A stretch of 64,000 nucleotides of DNA from Clostridiales bacterium (GTDB taxonomy: Bacteria; Bacillota; Clostridia; Oscillospirales; Oscillospiraceae), in the NCBI GenBank assembly GCA_004557075.1, contig SFEX01000001.1:150786-214785 (forward strand), in the 5' to 3' direction. Under the pieces are notes generated by a model. That model saw only the letters and a list, made by a program, of their open reading frames with translations. It was not told the origin of the DNA and did not search any database. Of this stretch, positions 50,395 to 60,028 are shown piece after piece. Both the position numbers and the translations under genes were made by a program. How positions within the stretch are numbered: position 1 is the first letter of the stretch; every line of letters begins with the position of its first letter.

Positions 50395-53300
50395 TTATGC
50401 TACGAGATCATATGCTCTGAGCATGACGGTTGCCGCCATGCCGCGGTTTGCCGTGCCGTTGGGAGCGAAGGTTGTGGCGTTCATGCCATTCATGATACCC
50501 GCGCTGACGATCGCGTTTACAGCATCAACATAGGGAGCAGCAACCTGATCCGCGTCGGCAAAGCCGCAGGGCTTCACATCGCCGAAGTCATATTCCGCTA
50601 CATCTTTCAAGTAGCGATACATGAACGTCGCCATCTGCGCGCGGCTGATGTTCTGATTCGGGCGGAAGGTATCATCGCCATAGCCCTGAACAACGCCGTT
50701 CTCAACGCCCCATGCAACTGCGGTCACATAAGCCTCTGCAATATCTGCCGCATCTGTGAACTTAAGCTCTGCATTCTTTACCTCGGGGGAGCCTGCCGCG
50801 CGGTAAAGCATGGTTACAAACTGAGCGCGGGTGACGTAGTTGTTCGGGCGGTAAGTGCCGTCGGGGTAGCCGTTGATGATACCAGCATTGGCTGCGGCCA
50901 CTATGTAATCGTGGCAGCCGCTGTTTGCAATGTCAGTGAAGGGATCGGCAACGACAGCGCCTACTACTATATCCGCACGGTCACGGATGCGGATCCTCGG
51001 GGCAGGACCGTTAAAGGTGTCGTCATAAGAGGCAAGTCCTGTAGCGCTTATATACTTTCCTACCGCAAGATCCTTTACCTCGTTATCCTTCGTGATATAG
51101 CCGTCTATGAACACACGAGCCGTATTTCCGGCAGCATCCTTGACCATAATGGTCTGGATCAGGCCGTTTTCAATCTCAAAGCTGACTACCTCGCCTTTTA
51201 TCGTGACAAGTGAGCCGAGAACGCTGCCATCGTTTATCTGAGCTGCCGTGACGTTCTTTGCCTCGACCTTGCCTTCGCCTATCTTCTGGATGGATGTGAC
51301 CTGAAGCTCCATCTCACCCTGGAAGAAATCGGTCGAGCCGGTAATGCGAACCTTGTCGCCAACTTTGTAGTTGCCTGCAACGGGGAAGCAGCAGACGCCT
51401 GCCGTATCGTCCTGAACGTAGATGCAGTCAAAGAATGCGGTATCCTTATCATAGCCGGAGGCATTCGATGTTACGATACCCTCGATGGTGTACTTGATGC
51501 CGCTCTCGGTCTGCTTCTGTACGGTCGCTATATCCGTGACCTTGACGGGGTTGAGATACTGAACAAGGTTTTCGCAGATCTTGTAGTTGGAGTAATTCTT
51601 CTCAGAGCCGTTATCGGAAATGGTTGCCTGAACCTCGAAGTTTGACATGAACGCCGCGCCGGAGACGACTATGAGTCCCTTGCCGGTAAGCTGCTCGCTC
51701 GCCATTACCATCAGGCGGTTATCTCCGTCGGCATATGCGTACTTGGGCACACTGTCGCCGCCGAGTCCGTCGTTATCGGAGTCCTTGGAGTAGGTGCTTG
51801 CATGGCCGTAAACAACAGGCGTTACAGTAGAGGGAACTGTGGTAGTTTCTTTTCCGCCGGCATCTACAACGTAGATGGAAGCGCCGCCGTAGTGACTGAA
51901 CACCTCTGTGTACAGACGATCGTTGGGATGCTCGGCATCGACCTCAACGCCATCTGTCAGGAAGCTGTCGCCATAGGTATTGAAGTACAGGCGCTGGGTC
52001 TGACCGCCGTTGAGCTCGTTGTCATTGATACCATCGTCGCTGATGCGCAGGCTGGAGCCGAGAGCCGCAAGCAGCTTATTCTGCTGAGCTGCCATGTGGT
52101 CTTCGGCCGGGAAGGTCGCGTAATTCTCATAGTAATCCGACCAGCCCGCCAGAACCACAGCGCCGCCGGCGTTGTTGAACGCCACGATTGCCGCGATCTC
52201 ATCATCGGAGTATGTGGCATAGGGATTACGCAAGCTGGTGCCGTCACGGCGGCTGGGTGCGGTAATGATAAGGGCTTTGTACTTATCATTGCTGCAAGCT
52301 GCGATAAGGTCTGCACTGGTCTTGAGCTCAACAGTGCGCACGGAGTAGCCCGCGGCAAGGTTGCCGAAGTTGCCCATGGAGTCCTTATAGTTACCGGCAA
52401 CATACTCGTTGTAATGCGAAGCGTCAATGCCGATGTATACAAGCTCGTTGGCATCGAGAACGTCAAGATCAATGTCCTTGGTAAAGGTATAGTCCTTGCC
52501 GTCCTGAACAAGAACAACAGTGACCGTGATCTTCATGAGCCTTGCCTTGTCGGGGGTATACTTGAAGCTTATGGTCTTATTCTCGCTTGCGCCGACAGTA
52601 CCAACGTCAGGCTGGGTGCCGATGACCTGACTGCCGTTGGCGGTATAGGTGACGGATTTGATAACTGCGTCAGTGGATTCGCTGTTAAAGATAGTTGTGC
52701 TGATCTCAAGCTCCTCGCCGGTAACGGGTGTGGAGGTGCCGCACTCAACAGAGGAGATGCCGAGCTTGAGGCTTTCGCCGACCCATACAGGAGCGGTTAC
52801 GGCAAGGTCACCGTCGCCCTCAGTGACACGGATGTAGTAGTAGCTATACTCGGGATCGAGGCTGACGGAAAGGTCGCCCTTTGCAAGCTCTGCGGGGTCA
52901 GACCATGTGTGTATGGTCTTGCCGGAGTTGACTATTACCTCGACCTTGGAGATGGAATCGCTGCCGTCAGGATCGGATACCTGAACGCTTATATCAAGCT
53001 TATCCGGAATTTCGGTGATGCTGCTGCCGAGCTGCAGACCGTTTACGGTGTAGTACAGCTCAAGGTTCTTATCCTCTGTCGAGTACAGGCGCATCGCGCG
53101 GATCGCCTCATAAATGCCCTCTTCGGTGAAATTATCGGTGAGGATAACGTCACGGGCGTCGTTTGCGTTGCCCCATTTGCCCTTGTGGTTATCCTGGTTG
53201 TTTGTGGGCGCAACATGCCAGCCCTTGTCAAGAGCCATGGTGTAATACTCATAGCTGGGATAGTAGCCGCCCGCGCCTATCTGACCCTCGCCGTTGCCGA

Positions 53301-55926
53301 CCTCAACGAGGAAGATTCGGCTGTCGATAACCGCGTCCCAGTAGCTGAAATCGGAAAATGTTCCGAAGGTGGAGCCGGGATGGTTAAACTGGCTGATGGA
53401 ATCTGCGCCGTCAGCTCTGCTCAGCAGGCTGTAATACGCTTTCATGCCTGCGTCGGCAGTCTTATTGTTAAGAGTTGTATTATTTCTGGAAACAATGCCA
53501 GGGGTATTAAAGGTGTTGATATGGCCGGGGCCGCCGGACCATGTCATCTCAAAGCCCGCTACAGCAACGAGGTTTCCTGCGTTTTCTTCGTTGAATGCAG
53601 CGACCTTGCTCTTGTACTCCGCCCATTTCTGCTGGCTCTGCGCAGTGCCCTTGCTCATGTCATAGAGAGCATCCTCCGGGTTTGCGTTGCCGGATGCGTC
53701 AAAGTAGTTGGAGTGGTCGGTAAATGCCACGAAATCAACATTTGCGCTCTCGGGAAGATCCTTGACATAGTCGAGCGCCTGCTGGAGCGTACCGGAACCG
53801 TCGGAATATTCGCCGGTGTGGGAGTGGAGCTGGCCGTAGTAGAGCTGGTACTGTGCCTTGCCGACAGTGAAGTTCCAGCTATAGGACGCGGTCTTACCGT
53901 CGTCTCTTGTTACTGTGAGCTCTGCATCTACTCTGCCATCTGCAAAAGGCTCTGCAGGAGTATAGGTAACAGTGCCTACTCCGTTAGCAAAGGCATATTC
54001 TGCCTTGACCTCTTTGCCGTTAAGCTTGAGAGTTGCGCTTGCGTTCTCGCCCGCGTTTATTACGACGGCCTTGATGGTGGGCTGCTTATCGTCGCCCGTT
54101 TCGCTTCCCTTTGCGGGGGTCACGCTGTCAATGACAGGTTCATCCTTAACGGTAACATCGACACTTGCTGTGAATGCAACGTCTTTTTTATCCTTACAAC
54201 TTACGGTAATGCTTATCTTCTCGCCGGTTACTATATCGGCAGGTACGGTGTAGGAACCGTTTTTATTTGCTGCAATTTCCGTTCCGTTTACCTTGACCGT
54301 TGTTTCGGCAACGCCGAATGGTGCGTCAACATCAAAGCTGAATGTATATGCCTGGCCGAGATATGCGTCCGCAAGGTCGCCGAAGATGATTTCGGGTTTG
54401 TTAACAACGCCGCCGATTATGTCAGAAGCGTCGTTTGCAACCGGGTAGAAATAGAACGAATAAATGGTGTAGTCCGTTACATTATACATCGAGTAGCTCT
54501 TGTAGGAGTCTGCATAGTACTCAAGCCACTGACTGTATTTGCCGTTAAACTTGGCGGTGCGGCTCTCCATTTCCCATCCGCCGACGCCGCCGCTGCAGGT
54601 GCGAACCGTCCAGTCGGCGTCCTCGCTGGCTTCGGGGGTATAGAAAGCGTTATTGCCGGTGCCGTTTGAGCACAGGTAGCCGAATGTATCGTTCTTAAAG
54701 CGGAAATAGTCTCCGTTTTTCTCAACGGTGAATACGACTGCGCCGTTTGCGGCGGTAGCCTTGCCGGCGGCGATCTCGGCGGCGGCATTTGTTATAGCCG
54801 GGCTGTCGGTATTATCGTCCTGAAGCGCAAGCACTCCCTGAGAGCTCTGGTTGTAGATGAATATCTTATCGCCCTCTGCAGGGAGATCGGTATCGGGCGT
54901 CGGCTCTTCAGGCTCTTCAACTATCAGATAGAACTGCTGAGCAAAAAGAGCTTCATTATTGCCTATTGAATAGTATGAGCTCCAGTTGCCTTTATCCTTA
55001 TACCATTCAATATAGTTGCTTCTTTCAACATTCTTTATGTAGAAGCAGCCCTCGGTAGCTGCTACGCTGATTTCCCATGCAGTATTGACATCATCGAGAG
55101 GCATGCTTGAAAATTCTTTACCCATCGAGAGCTTTTTGCCTTCTGCAGTTGAGAAAGTAACGTTCTTGTCCTCGTTGACGCCGATTGTCCACACTTCGGT
55201 ATCCTTATAGCCGCTTAGCTTCTCATCCTTCAGTTGAACATCTACGCCGCTGTTATAGTAGCCGGAATAAGCAGAGGACAGCGCCTTGTTATTCGCAGGG
55301 TTGAAGATCACTACCTGCGCACCGTCCGTAAGCTCCGCAAGGTCGGTAACGATATGATTTACCGGTTTTTCGCCGACCTTATAGATGCTGATAGCCTTCT
55401 GGCTCGCAGAGGCATAGCACGCAAAGAGGGGCGTCCCGTTGTTCGGGTTATACTGCATTACGTTCCGATTACTGCTGGCCTTAGCGATAATCGAAGCGGT
55501 TCCGTCAGCAGCGATTTCTATCACCCAAGAGGAATTGGCGGATTTTGCTTTCTCGGTCTTGAGGTGATTAGCGCTTGACGAAGCGGCATACAGGTATCCG
55601 CCTCCCGTGGAGAAGGCATAGCTGCCCTCAGCAGTGCCCTGCTCAAGCGTAAGAATTTGTACGTTTTCGCTGAGAGCTGCCTGCGTACCCGATTTGCTTA
55701 TGGGCACAGCTTCCCGGTTGTTCGTCTTCTGGTTCGTGCCAAGAGCATAGTCAAAGTCCTTGGCGACGATTGCTATTTCATCGCCTACTGAGAGCTTTGT
55801 CACATCGGTGACCAGTTCAGCATTAACTGCCGTCGGTGCCGCAAATGCGGCCGTTGGCAGAAGCGTGATCAGCATCACCAGAACCAGCAGACCCGCAAGC
55901 AGTCTGCTTCGCTTACTCGTTTTCAT
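50395..55926 (-). CDS. 1,843-aa SLH-anchored cell-surface protein with PHP (CehA/McbA-type) metallophosphoesterase core
   Basis: Start at MKTSKRSRLLAGLLVLVMLITLLPTAAFA (signal peptide; AGGAGG at 55939-55944). PHP motifs QLHSHTGEYSDG, FTDHSNY, QFNHPG and NQDNHKG. Three C-terminal SLH repeats (FTDIANSG..., FTDAADIAEAY..., FADADQVAAPY...). The upstream 73 codons of the ORF track have no SD and are rejected. Confidence 0.8.
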   Translation of the reverse strand: MKTSKRSRLLAGLLVLVMLITLLPTAAFAAPTAVNAELVTDVTKLSVGDEIAIVAKDFDYALGTNQKTNNREAVPISKSGTQAALSENVQILTLEQGTAEGSYAFSTGGGYLYAASSSANHLKTEKAKSANSSWVIEIAADGTASIIAKASSNRNVMQYNPNNGTPLFACYASASQKAISIYKVGEKPVNHIVTDLAELTDGAQVVIFNPANNKALSSAYSGYYNSGVDVQLKDEKLSGYKDTEVWTIGVNEDKNVTFSTAEGKKLSMGKEFSSMPLDDVNTAWEISVAATEGCFYIKNVERSNYIEWYKDKGNWSSYYSIGNNEALFAQQFYLIVEEPEEPTPDTDLPAEGDKIFIYNQSSQGVLALQDDNTDSPAITNAAAEIAAGKATAANGAVVFTVEKNGDYFRFKNDTFGYLCSNGTGNNAFYTPEASEDADWTVRTCSGGVGGWEMESRTAKFNGKYSQWLEYYADSYKSYSMYNVTDYTIYSFYFYPVANDASDIIGGVVNKPEIIFGDLADAYLGQAYTFSFDVDAPFGVAETTVKVNGTEIAANKNGSYTVPADIVTGEKISITVSCKDKKDVAFTASVDVTVKDEPVIDSVTPAKGSETGDDKQPTIKAVVINAGENASATLKLNGKEVKAEYAFANGVGTVTYTPAEPFADGRVDAELTVTRDDGKTASYSWNFTVGKAQYQLYYGQLHSHTGEYSDGSGTLQQALDYVKDLPESANVDFVAFTDHSNYFDASGNANPEDALYDMSKGTAQSQQKWAEYKSKVAAFNEENAGNLVAVAGFEMTWSGGPGHINTFNTPGIVSRNNTTLNNKTADAGMKAYYSLLSRADGADSISQFNHPGSTFGTFSDFSYWDAVIDSRIFLVEVGNGEGQIGAGGYYPSYEYYTMALDKGWHVAPTNNQDNHKGKWGNANDARDVILTDNFTEEGIYEAIRAMRLYSTEDKNLELYYTVNGLQLGSSITEIPDKLDISVQVSDPDGSDSISKVEVIVNSGKTIHTWSDPAELAKGDLSVSLDPEYSYYYIRVTEGDGDLAVTAPVWVGESLKLGISSVECGTSTPVTGEELEISTTIFNSESTDAVIKSVTYTANGSQVIGTQPDVGTVGASENKTISFKYTPDKARLMKITVTVVLVQDGKDYTFTKDIDLDVLDANELVYIGIDASHYNEYVAGNYKDSMGNFGNLAAGYSVRTVELKTSADLIAACSNDKYKALIITAPSRRDGTSLRNPYATYSDDEIAAIVAFNNAGGAVVLAGWSDYYENYATFPAEDHMAAQQNKLLAALGSSLRISDDGINDNELNGGQTQRLYFNTYGDSFLTDGVEVDAEHPNDRLYTEVFSHYGGASIYVVDAGGKETTTVPSTVTPVVYGHASTYSKDSDNDGLGGDSVPKYAYADGDNRLMVMASEQLTGKGLIVVSGAAFMSNFEVQATISDNGSEKNYSNYKICENLVQYLNPVKVTDIATVQKQTESGIKYTIEGIVTSNASGYDKDTAFFDCIYVQDDTAGVCCFPVAGNYKVGDKVRITGSTDFFQGEMELQVTSIQKIGEGKVEAKNVTAAQINDGSVLGSLVTIKGEVVSFEIENGLIQTIMVKDAAGNTARVFIDGYITKDNEVKDLAVGKYISATGLASYDDTFNGPAPRIRIRDRADIVVGAVVADPFTDIANSGCHDYIVAAANAGIINGYPDGTYRPNNYVTRAQFVTMLYRAAGSPEVKNAELKFTDAADIAEAYVTAVAWGVENGVVQGYGDDTFRPNQNISRAQMATFMYRYLKDVAEYDFGDVKPCGFADADQVAAPYVDAVNAIVSAGIMNGMNATTFAPNGTANRGMAATVMLRAYDLVA

Positions 55927-56074
55927 ATAACATTTTAACCTCCTAAAATTATTTTGCTGTGTTAAAAATTCTATCATGTTTGCGCTCTTTCCGCCAGTGT
56001 ATTTATTGATTATATGGCAAATTCGGAACATTTTGTGCATATTATCAATATTGCGCTCGAATATTTTGTGTTTC

Positions 56075-56103
56075 TTGACAAAACAGCGGAGAATTGCTAT
56101 TCT
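56075..56103 (+). promoter_or_regulatory. Candidate sigma-A promoter of the YibE/F gene
   Basis: TTGACA (56075-56080), 17 nt spacer, TATTCT (56098-56103). About 30 nt upstream of the ATG at 56136. Confidence 0.55.
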
Positions 56104-56135
56104 GAAAAAAACGCGATTGGAAGGGTTCAGCATAA

Positions 56136-57305
56136 ATGAAGGCATTTATCAATAATAATAAACGAACGATAGCCGTTTTGCTTGCAGCCGTTGTTATTTT
56201 TGTCGCTGCGCGCATATGGGTATCGCCGGCATCAGGCGAAGATACCGGCACCCAGCCGGAAGAATACGCCGAGTATGACACTGGAACCGTACTTGAGATA
56301 TTATCCGACAGCACCGAGGCCGATGATGCCGCCGACGGAGCCTACAGAGGAGATCAGCTCATGCTCGTCGAGATTACATCCGGTAGATACGAGGGCGAAA
56401 CGATGCAGGTATATAACTATGTCGGCCCTCTATACGGCGCGCCGCTGAAGGTCGGCGACAGCGCCGTGCTCATAGTCTCAACCTATGCCGACGGCAGTCA
56501 CACGGCAACTGTTTACGAATTTAACAGGCTCCTTGCGCTTGCCGCGATTATTGCTCTTTTTGTTATCGCGACGGTTCTTGTCGGCGGGAAAACCGGTGCA
56601 AAATCGCTTATCAGTCTGGTTATAACGCTTATCTGCATCTTTTTGATACTCCTGCCTATGCTGATGAAGGGCTTCCCCACCCTGCTGACCGTATTCCTGA
56701 TTTGCGCCTATGTCGCCGTAGTCTCCTTCACTATTCTCGGCGGAGTGAGCAGGAAAACGCTCTGCGCATCGCTTGCAACGATATGCGGAATCGCGGTCGC
56801 GCTGCTTTTCGGCCTTGCGGCTCAGGCTCTTGCACGCATCGACGGGCTCAGGCTTGCCGATGTTGAGCCTTTGCTTCAGCTCAGGCAGACTGGAACGCCC
56901 ATCGGACTGCGCTATCTGCTTGTAGGCGGAATTGTCATAAGCGCTTTGGGCGCTGTTATGGACGTGGCTATGAGCATTGCATCAGCCATAAGCGAAATCC
57001 ATAGCGTCAATCCCACGCTTTCAACTAAAGAGCTGTTCAGATCCGGTATGAACATAGGCCGCGACATGGTCGGCACAATGACGAACACGCTCATCCTCGC
57101 TTTCCTCGGCAGCAGCTTTGTCATTGTGATTTATCTATACTCGATCGGCTTGCAGCCCTACCAGCTTCTCAGCTCCTCCTACTTTGCCATAGAGGTCATA
57201 AGCGGCATATCCAGCAGCATCGGCGTAATAATTTCCGTACCGCTTACGGCGCTTATCAGCGCATACGTTCATGGGTGGCAAAAAGCTATTAAAAAAATAA
57301 GATAA
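56136..57305 (+). CDS. YibE/F-family polytopic membrane protein
   Basis: N-terminal TM helix, an extracytoplasmic domain of about 110 aa (TSGRYEGETMQVYN...), then about 7 TM helices. This is the typical YibE/F layout. Confidence 0.7.
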   Translation: MKAFINNNKRTIAVLLAAVVIFVAARIWVSPASGEDTGTQPEEYAEYDTGTVLEILSDSTEADDAADGAYRGDQLMLVEITSGRYEGETMQVYNYVGPLYGAPLKVGDSAVLIVSTYADGSHTATVYEFNRLLALAAIIALFVIATVLVGGKTGAKSLISLVITLICIFLILLPMLMKGFPTLLTVFLICAYVAVVSFTILGGVSRKTLCASLATICGIAVALLFGLAAQALARIDGLRLADVEPLLQLRQTGTPIGLRYLLVGGIVISALGAVMDVAMSIASAISEIHSVNPTLSTKELFRSGMNIGRDMVGTMTNTLILAFLGSSFVIVIYLYSIGLQPYQLLSSSYFAIEVISGISSSIGVIISVPLTALISAYVHGWQKAIKKIR

Positions 57306-57306
57306 T

Positions 57307-57338
57307 GAAAAAGCACTTGCCGAAGCAAGTGCTTTTTT
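57307..57338 (+). terminator. Rho-independent terminator after the YibE/F gene
   Basis: GCACTTGC-cgaa-GCAAGTGC hairpin flanked by A5 and T6. Confidence 0.85.
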
Positions 57339-57397
57339 ATGCGAAAGAGCGACCAAACGGTGTATAAGTGGGGGTAAAAACGACCAAAAGTAGTGTG

Positions 57398-57811
57398 CTA
57401 TTTCGCTGCTACCCACCAGCCCGCGCCATCGCGGTATCCGTTGCGCTCCATAAACGGTTTGATAATATAGTGCAGCCCTATCCCGCTGGTTGCATAAGCA
57501 GTACCTTTCGTCTGATTTTCTTCTTCCAAACGACGAATGATTTCTGCGTATAGTTCTTTCTCCAGTGCCCACCACGCATCGTGTTCCGCTTTGATGCGGG
57601 AGTTGGTTTCTTCGTCATTATCCGGGTCATCTATATCATGTCCGAGCCAACCAGTCTTATTGGCAACCGCCGCCATTATGGCTGCTATTGCATCGTCTGT
57701 ATTGTATCGCGTGAGCATTTCTCGCATAGTGTCTGGAGTGTAACCTTTAAGCGGCTCGGACGCCATAATGGCGATTTCTGCATAGTTATCTGGTAATTTG
57801 ATCTCGGCCAT
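57398..57811 (-). CDS. Hypothetical acidic protein (mobile-element-associated)
   Basis: 137 aa with protein-like composition and an acidic stretch DIDDPDNDEE. No family recognised. Confidence 0.55.
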   Translation of the reverse strand: MAEIKLPDNYAEIAIMASEPLKGYTPDTMREMLTRYNTDDAIAAIMAAVANKTGWLGHDIDDPDNDEETNSRIKAEHDAWWALEKELYAEIIRRLEEENQTKGTAYATSGIGLHYIIKPFMERNGYRDGAGWWVAAK

Positions 57812-57816
57812 TGCTA

Positions 57817-58257
57817 TTAACCCTTCAAAAATTCCGATGCCCAGCGCACATCGACCAAAGCGTCTTTGTCGCCCACGGCCTCAAGCCGTTCTGCGAAATC
57901 GCGCTTGATTTCTTCGTACATCTCTACCGGCACTTCTGCGCTCAACGGCTTGTCACCGATGAACTCCAGAATGTATTTGCCGCCTGCCACCAAGAAATAC
58001 ACCGCGCTAATGTTTGCGTCTGGCACTTGCTTACTTGCGTTGAAGTAGTAAATCAGCTTGATGATCTCAATTACGCGGTCGTCCAGCTTTTGATCGAAGA
58101 TAATGGCCTTCTCTCGCAGTGCGTTCTGATCGGTGACGATGCGCTTGCGGTATCCGGGCATCTCCAGATTGATCTTCTTTTCTGCCTCGTTCATGGTCGC
58201 CAGTGTTTCTTCCACGGATTCCTCATCTACGAAATAGACCATCACTTGGTTGGTCAT
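57817..58257 (-). CDS. Hypothetical protein (mobile-element-associated)
   Basis: 146 aa, E/K-rich with balanced composition. It is preferred over the antisense portion of the 719-aa plus-strand ORF, which is L/H/C/Q-rich. No family recognised. Confidence 0.5.
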   Translation of the reverse strand: MTNQVMVYFVDEESVEETLATMNEAEKKINLEMPGYRKRIVTDQNALREKAIIFDQKLDDRVIEIIKLIYYFNASKQVPDANISAVYFLVAGGKYILEFIGDKPLSAEVPVEMYEEIKRDFAERLEAVGDKDALVDVRWASEFLKG

Positions 58258-58259
58258 AT

Positions 58260-58355
58260 GTGGAGGCCCTCATCATTGCCTATGGAGATGGCCGGAACGG
58301 AAAGAGCACTTTCTGGAATGCGGTGTCCCGCGTGCTCGGCTTATATAGCGGCAAC
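58260..58355 (+). pseudogene. About 30-codon fragment of a P4/D5-type primase-helicase (Walker A region only)
   Basis: The frame of ORF 58203-58391 reads VEALIIAYGDGRNGKSTFWNAVSRVLGLYSG. This is the P-loop segment of phage/plasmid primase C-terminal domains. It has no N- or C-terminal continuation. Confidence 0.5.
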
Positions 58356-58611
58356 AACGGCTTACAACGCGTGGAAGGAAAGCAAGGCTAATGGGCTGGA
58401 AATCATCGAATGCAGGGATTTGCCGTGGGAGAAAGATTTTCAGGATTTCATTGGAACCCTCCGCGAGGCAAAAATTGAAGCAATTCTAGTAACCGATTCT
58501 GCTTTAAGCAGCAAAAGATATACCCACCTCTTCGAAGAAGCCGGGTGCATAATAGTAGGGCCTCGGATGTTCGTTCGTCATGAAAAACGCTCTACCGGAA
58601 TTGAAAACGTA

Positions 58612-59970
58612 ACAGGCACCAGCACCAAACACCGCGAGGGCTTCAAACGCATGGTCGCGGATGCGCTGGCCGGAAAAATCGACCTCATAGTGACCAAGAG
58701 CGTCAGCCGGTTTGCCCGGAACACGGTGGACAGTCTGACCACCATCCGCCAGCTCAAGGAAAACGGCATCGAGTGCTATTTTGAGAAGGAGAACATCTGG
58801 ACGTTTGACGGGAAGGGCGAGCTGCTCCTGACCATCATGTCCTCGCTGGCGCAGGAGGAAAGCCGGAGCATTTCTGAAAACTGCACCTGGGGCCAGCGGA
58901 AGCGCTTTGCGGACGGCAAGGTCACGGTACCGTTTAACCGGTTCCTCGGCTACGACCGTGGGCCGGATGGCAATCTGGTGGTCAACCGAGAGCAGGCAGC
59001 CATTGTTCAGCGCATCTACGCTATGTTCCTTCAGGGCATGACCTACAACGGCATCGCCCAGCAGCTCACAGCGGATGGCATCCCGTCACCCGGAGGCAAG
59101 CCCAAATGGAACACCTCGGCGGTCAAGAGCATCCTGTCAAATGAGAAATACAAGGGCTGCGCTCTGCTACAAAAGACCTATACCATCGATTACCTGACAA
59201 AGAAAAAGAAAGTCAATGAGGGCGAAATCCCGCAATACTATGTGGAGGACAACCATGAGGCCATCATCGACCCGGATACCTTCGAGATGGTTCAGCGGGA
59301 GATGGAGAAGCGCGGCAAAGGCCGGAAGTACCACAGCGGCGTCCATACCTTCTCCAGCAAAATCCGCTGCGGTGAGTGTGGCAGCTGGTACGGCTCAAAG
59401 GTGTGGCACTCCAACAGCAAGTACCGGAAGTTCATCTGGCAGTGCAATCACAAATTCGATGGAGCCCACCATTGCAGCACACCGCACCTGACCGATGACA
59501 TCATCCAGCAGGCATTCCTGTCAGCAGCAAATAAGCTGCTGGCCACCAAGGATACGGTCATCGCGGATGGCCGGGAGATGATAGCCCTGCTCTTTGACAC
59601 CACCGACTTGGAGCGGGAGCAGGAAGAACTCCAGCAAGAGACGCAGGTGGTCTCCGATATGGTTCAGCAGTGCATCTACGAAAATGCCCACGTTGCCCTC
59701 GATCAGACCGAGTACCAGAAACGCTACGACAGCCTGACCGAGCGTTTCGAGAAGGCCAAGGCCCGACTGGATGCGGTCACAGAAGAAATCCATCAGATGC
59801 AGACCCAGCGGGCCAGCATTGAAGATTTCCTGAGCGCCTTTGCCGCCATACCGGATGAGCTTACCGAGTTCACGCTGGAAAGCTGGCATGGGCTGGTGGA
59901 CTATGGCACCGTCTACGCTGATGACGACATCCGTTTCACATTCAAAAACGGACAGGAAATCCAAACTTAA
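58612..59970 (+). pseudogene. Large serine recombinase lacking its N-terminal catalytic-serine segment
   Basis: From GTSTKHREGFKRMVADALAGKIDLIVTKSVSRFARNTVDSL onward it is a typical resolvase core, recombinase domain, zinc ribbon (CGECGSWYGSK...WQCNHKFDGAHHC) and coiled-coil. The roughly 55 upstream residues that normally hold the YxRVSTxxQ nucleophile are replaced by unrelated in-frame sequence. Confidence 0.75.
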
Positions 59971-59986
59971 GTCCATAAACAGAAAC

Positions 59987-60028
59987 TAGCTCCTCATCAC
60001 TGGAACATCATCCGGTGACGAGGAGCTA
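59987..60028. terminator. Imperfect 14-bp inverted repeat between convergent genes (weak terminator, or an att-like remnant)
   Basis: TAGCTCCTCATCAC (59987-60000) pairs with GTGACGAGGAGCTA (60015-60028) with one mismatch. No strong T tract. Coincides with a visible shift to AT-rich DNA. Confidence 0.4.

Noticed and set aside
51802-54669. 955-aa plus-strand ORF (with the 317-aa ORF at 50260-51213)
   Set aside because: Both are antisense to the SLH/PHP surface-protein gene. They are V/G/A/C-rich low-complexity translations with no motifs. The minus strand carries a signal peptide, PHP motifs and SLH repeats.
55927-56145. 73-codon N-terminal extension of the SLH protein ORF
   Set aside because: The signal peptide and the AGGAGG SD belong to the ATG at 55926. 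The extension runs through the AT-rich divergent promoter region and overlaps the yibE/F start.
57345-57362. Possible attL-type partial copy of the tRNA-Gly 3' end (GAGCGACCAAACGG versus GAGCGGGCAACGAG)
   Set aside because: Identity is only about 10-12 of 16 and needs a gap, which is compatible with chance. It cannot be used to define the island border without comparative data.
57811-58257. 5' portion of the 719-aa plus-strand ORF
   Set aside because: It is antisense to the 146-aa minus-strand gene. The translation is L/H/C/Q-rich with no SD. The long open frame appears to be a chance continuation into the truncated recombinase.
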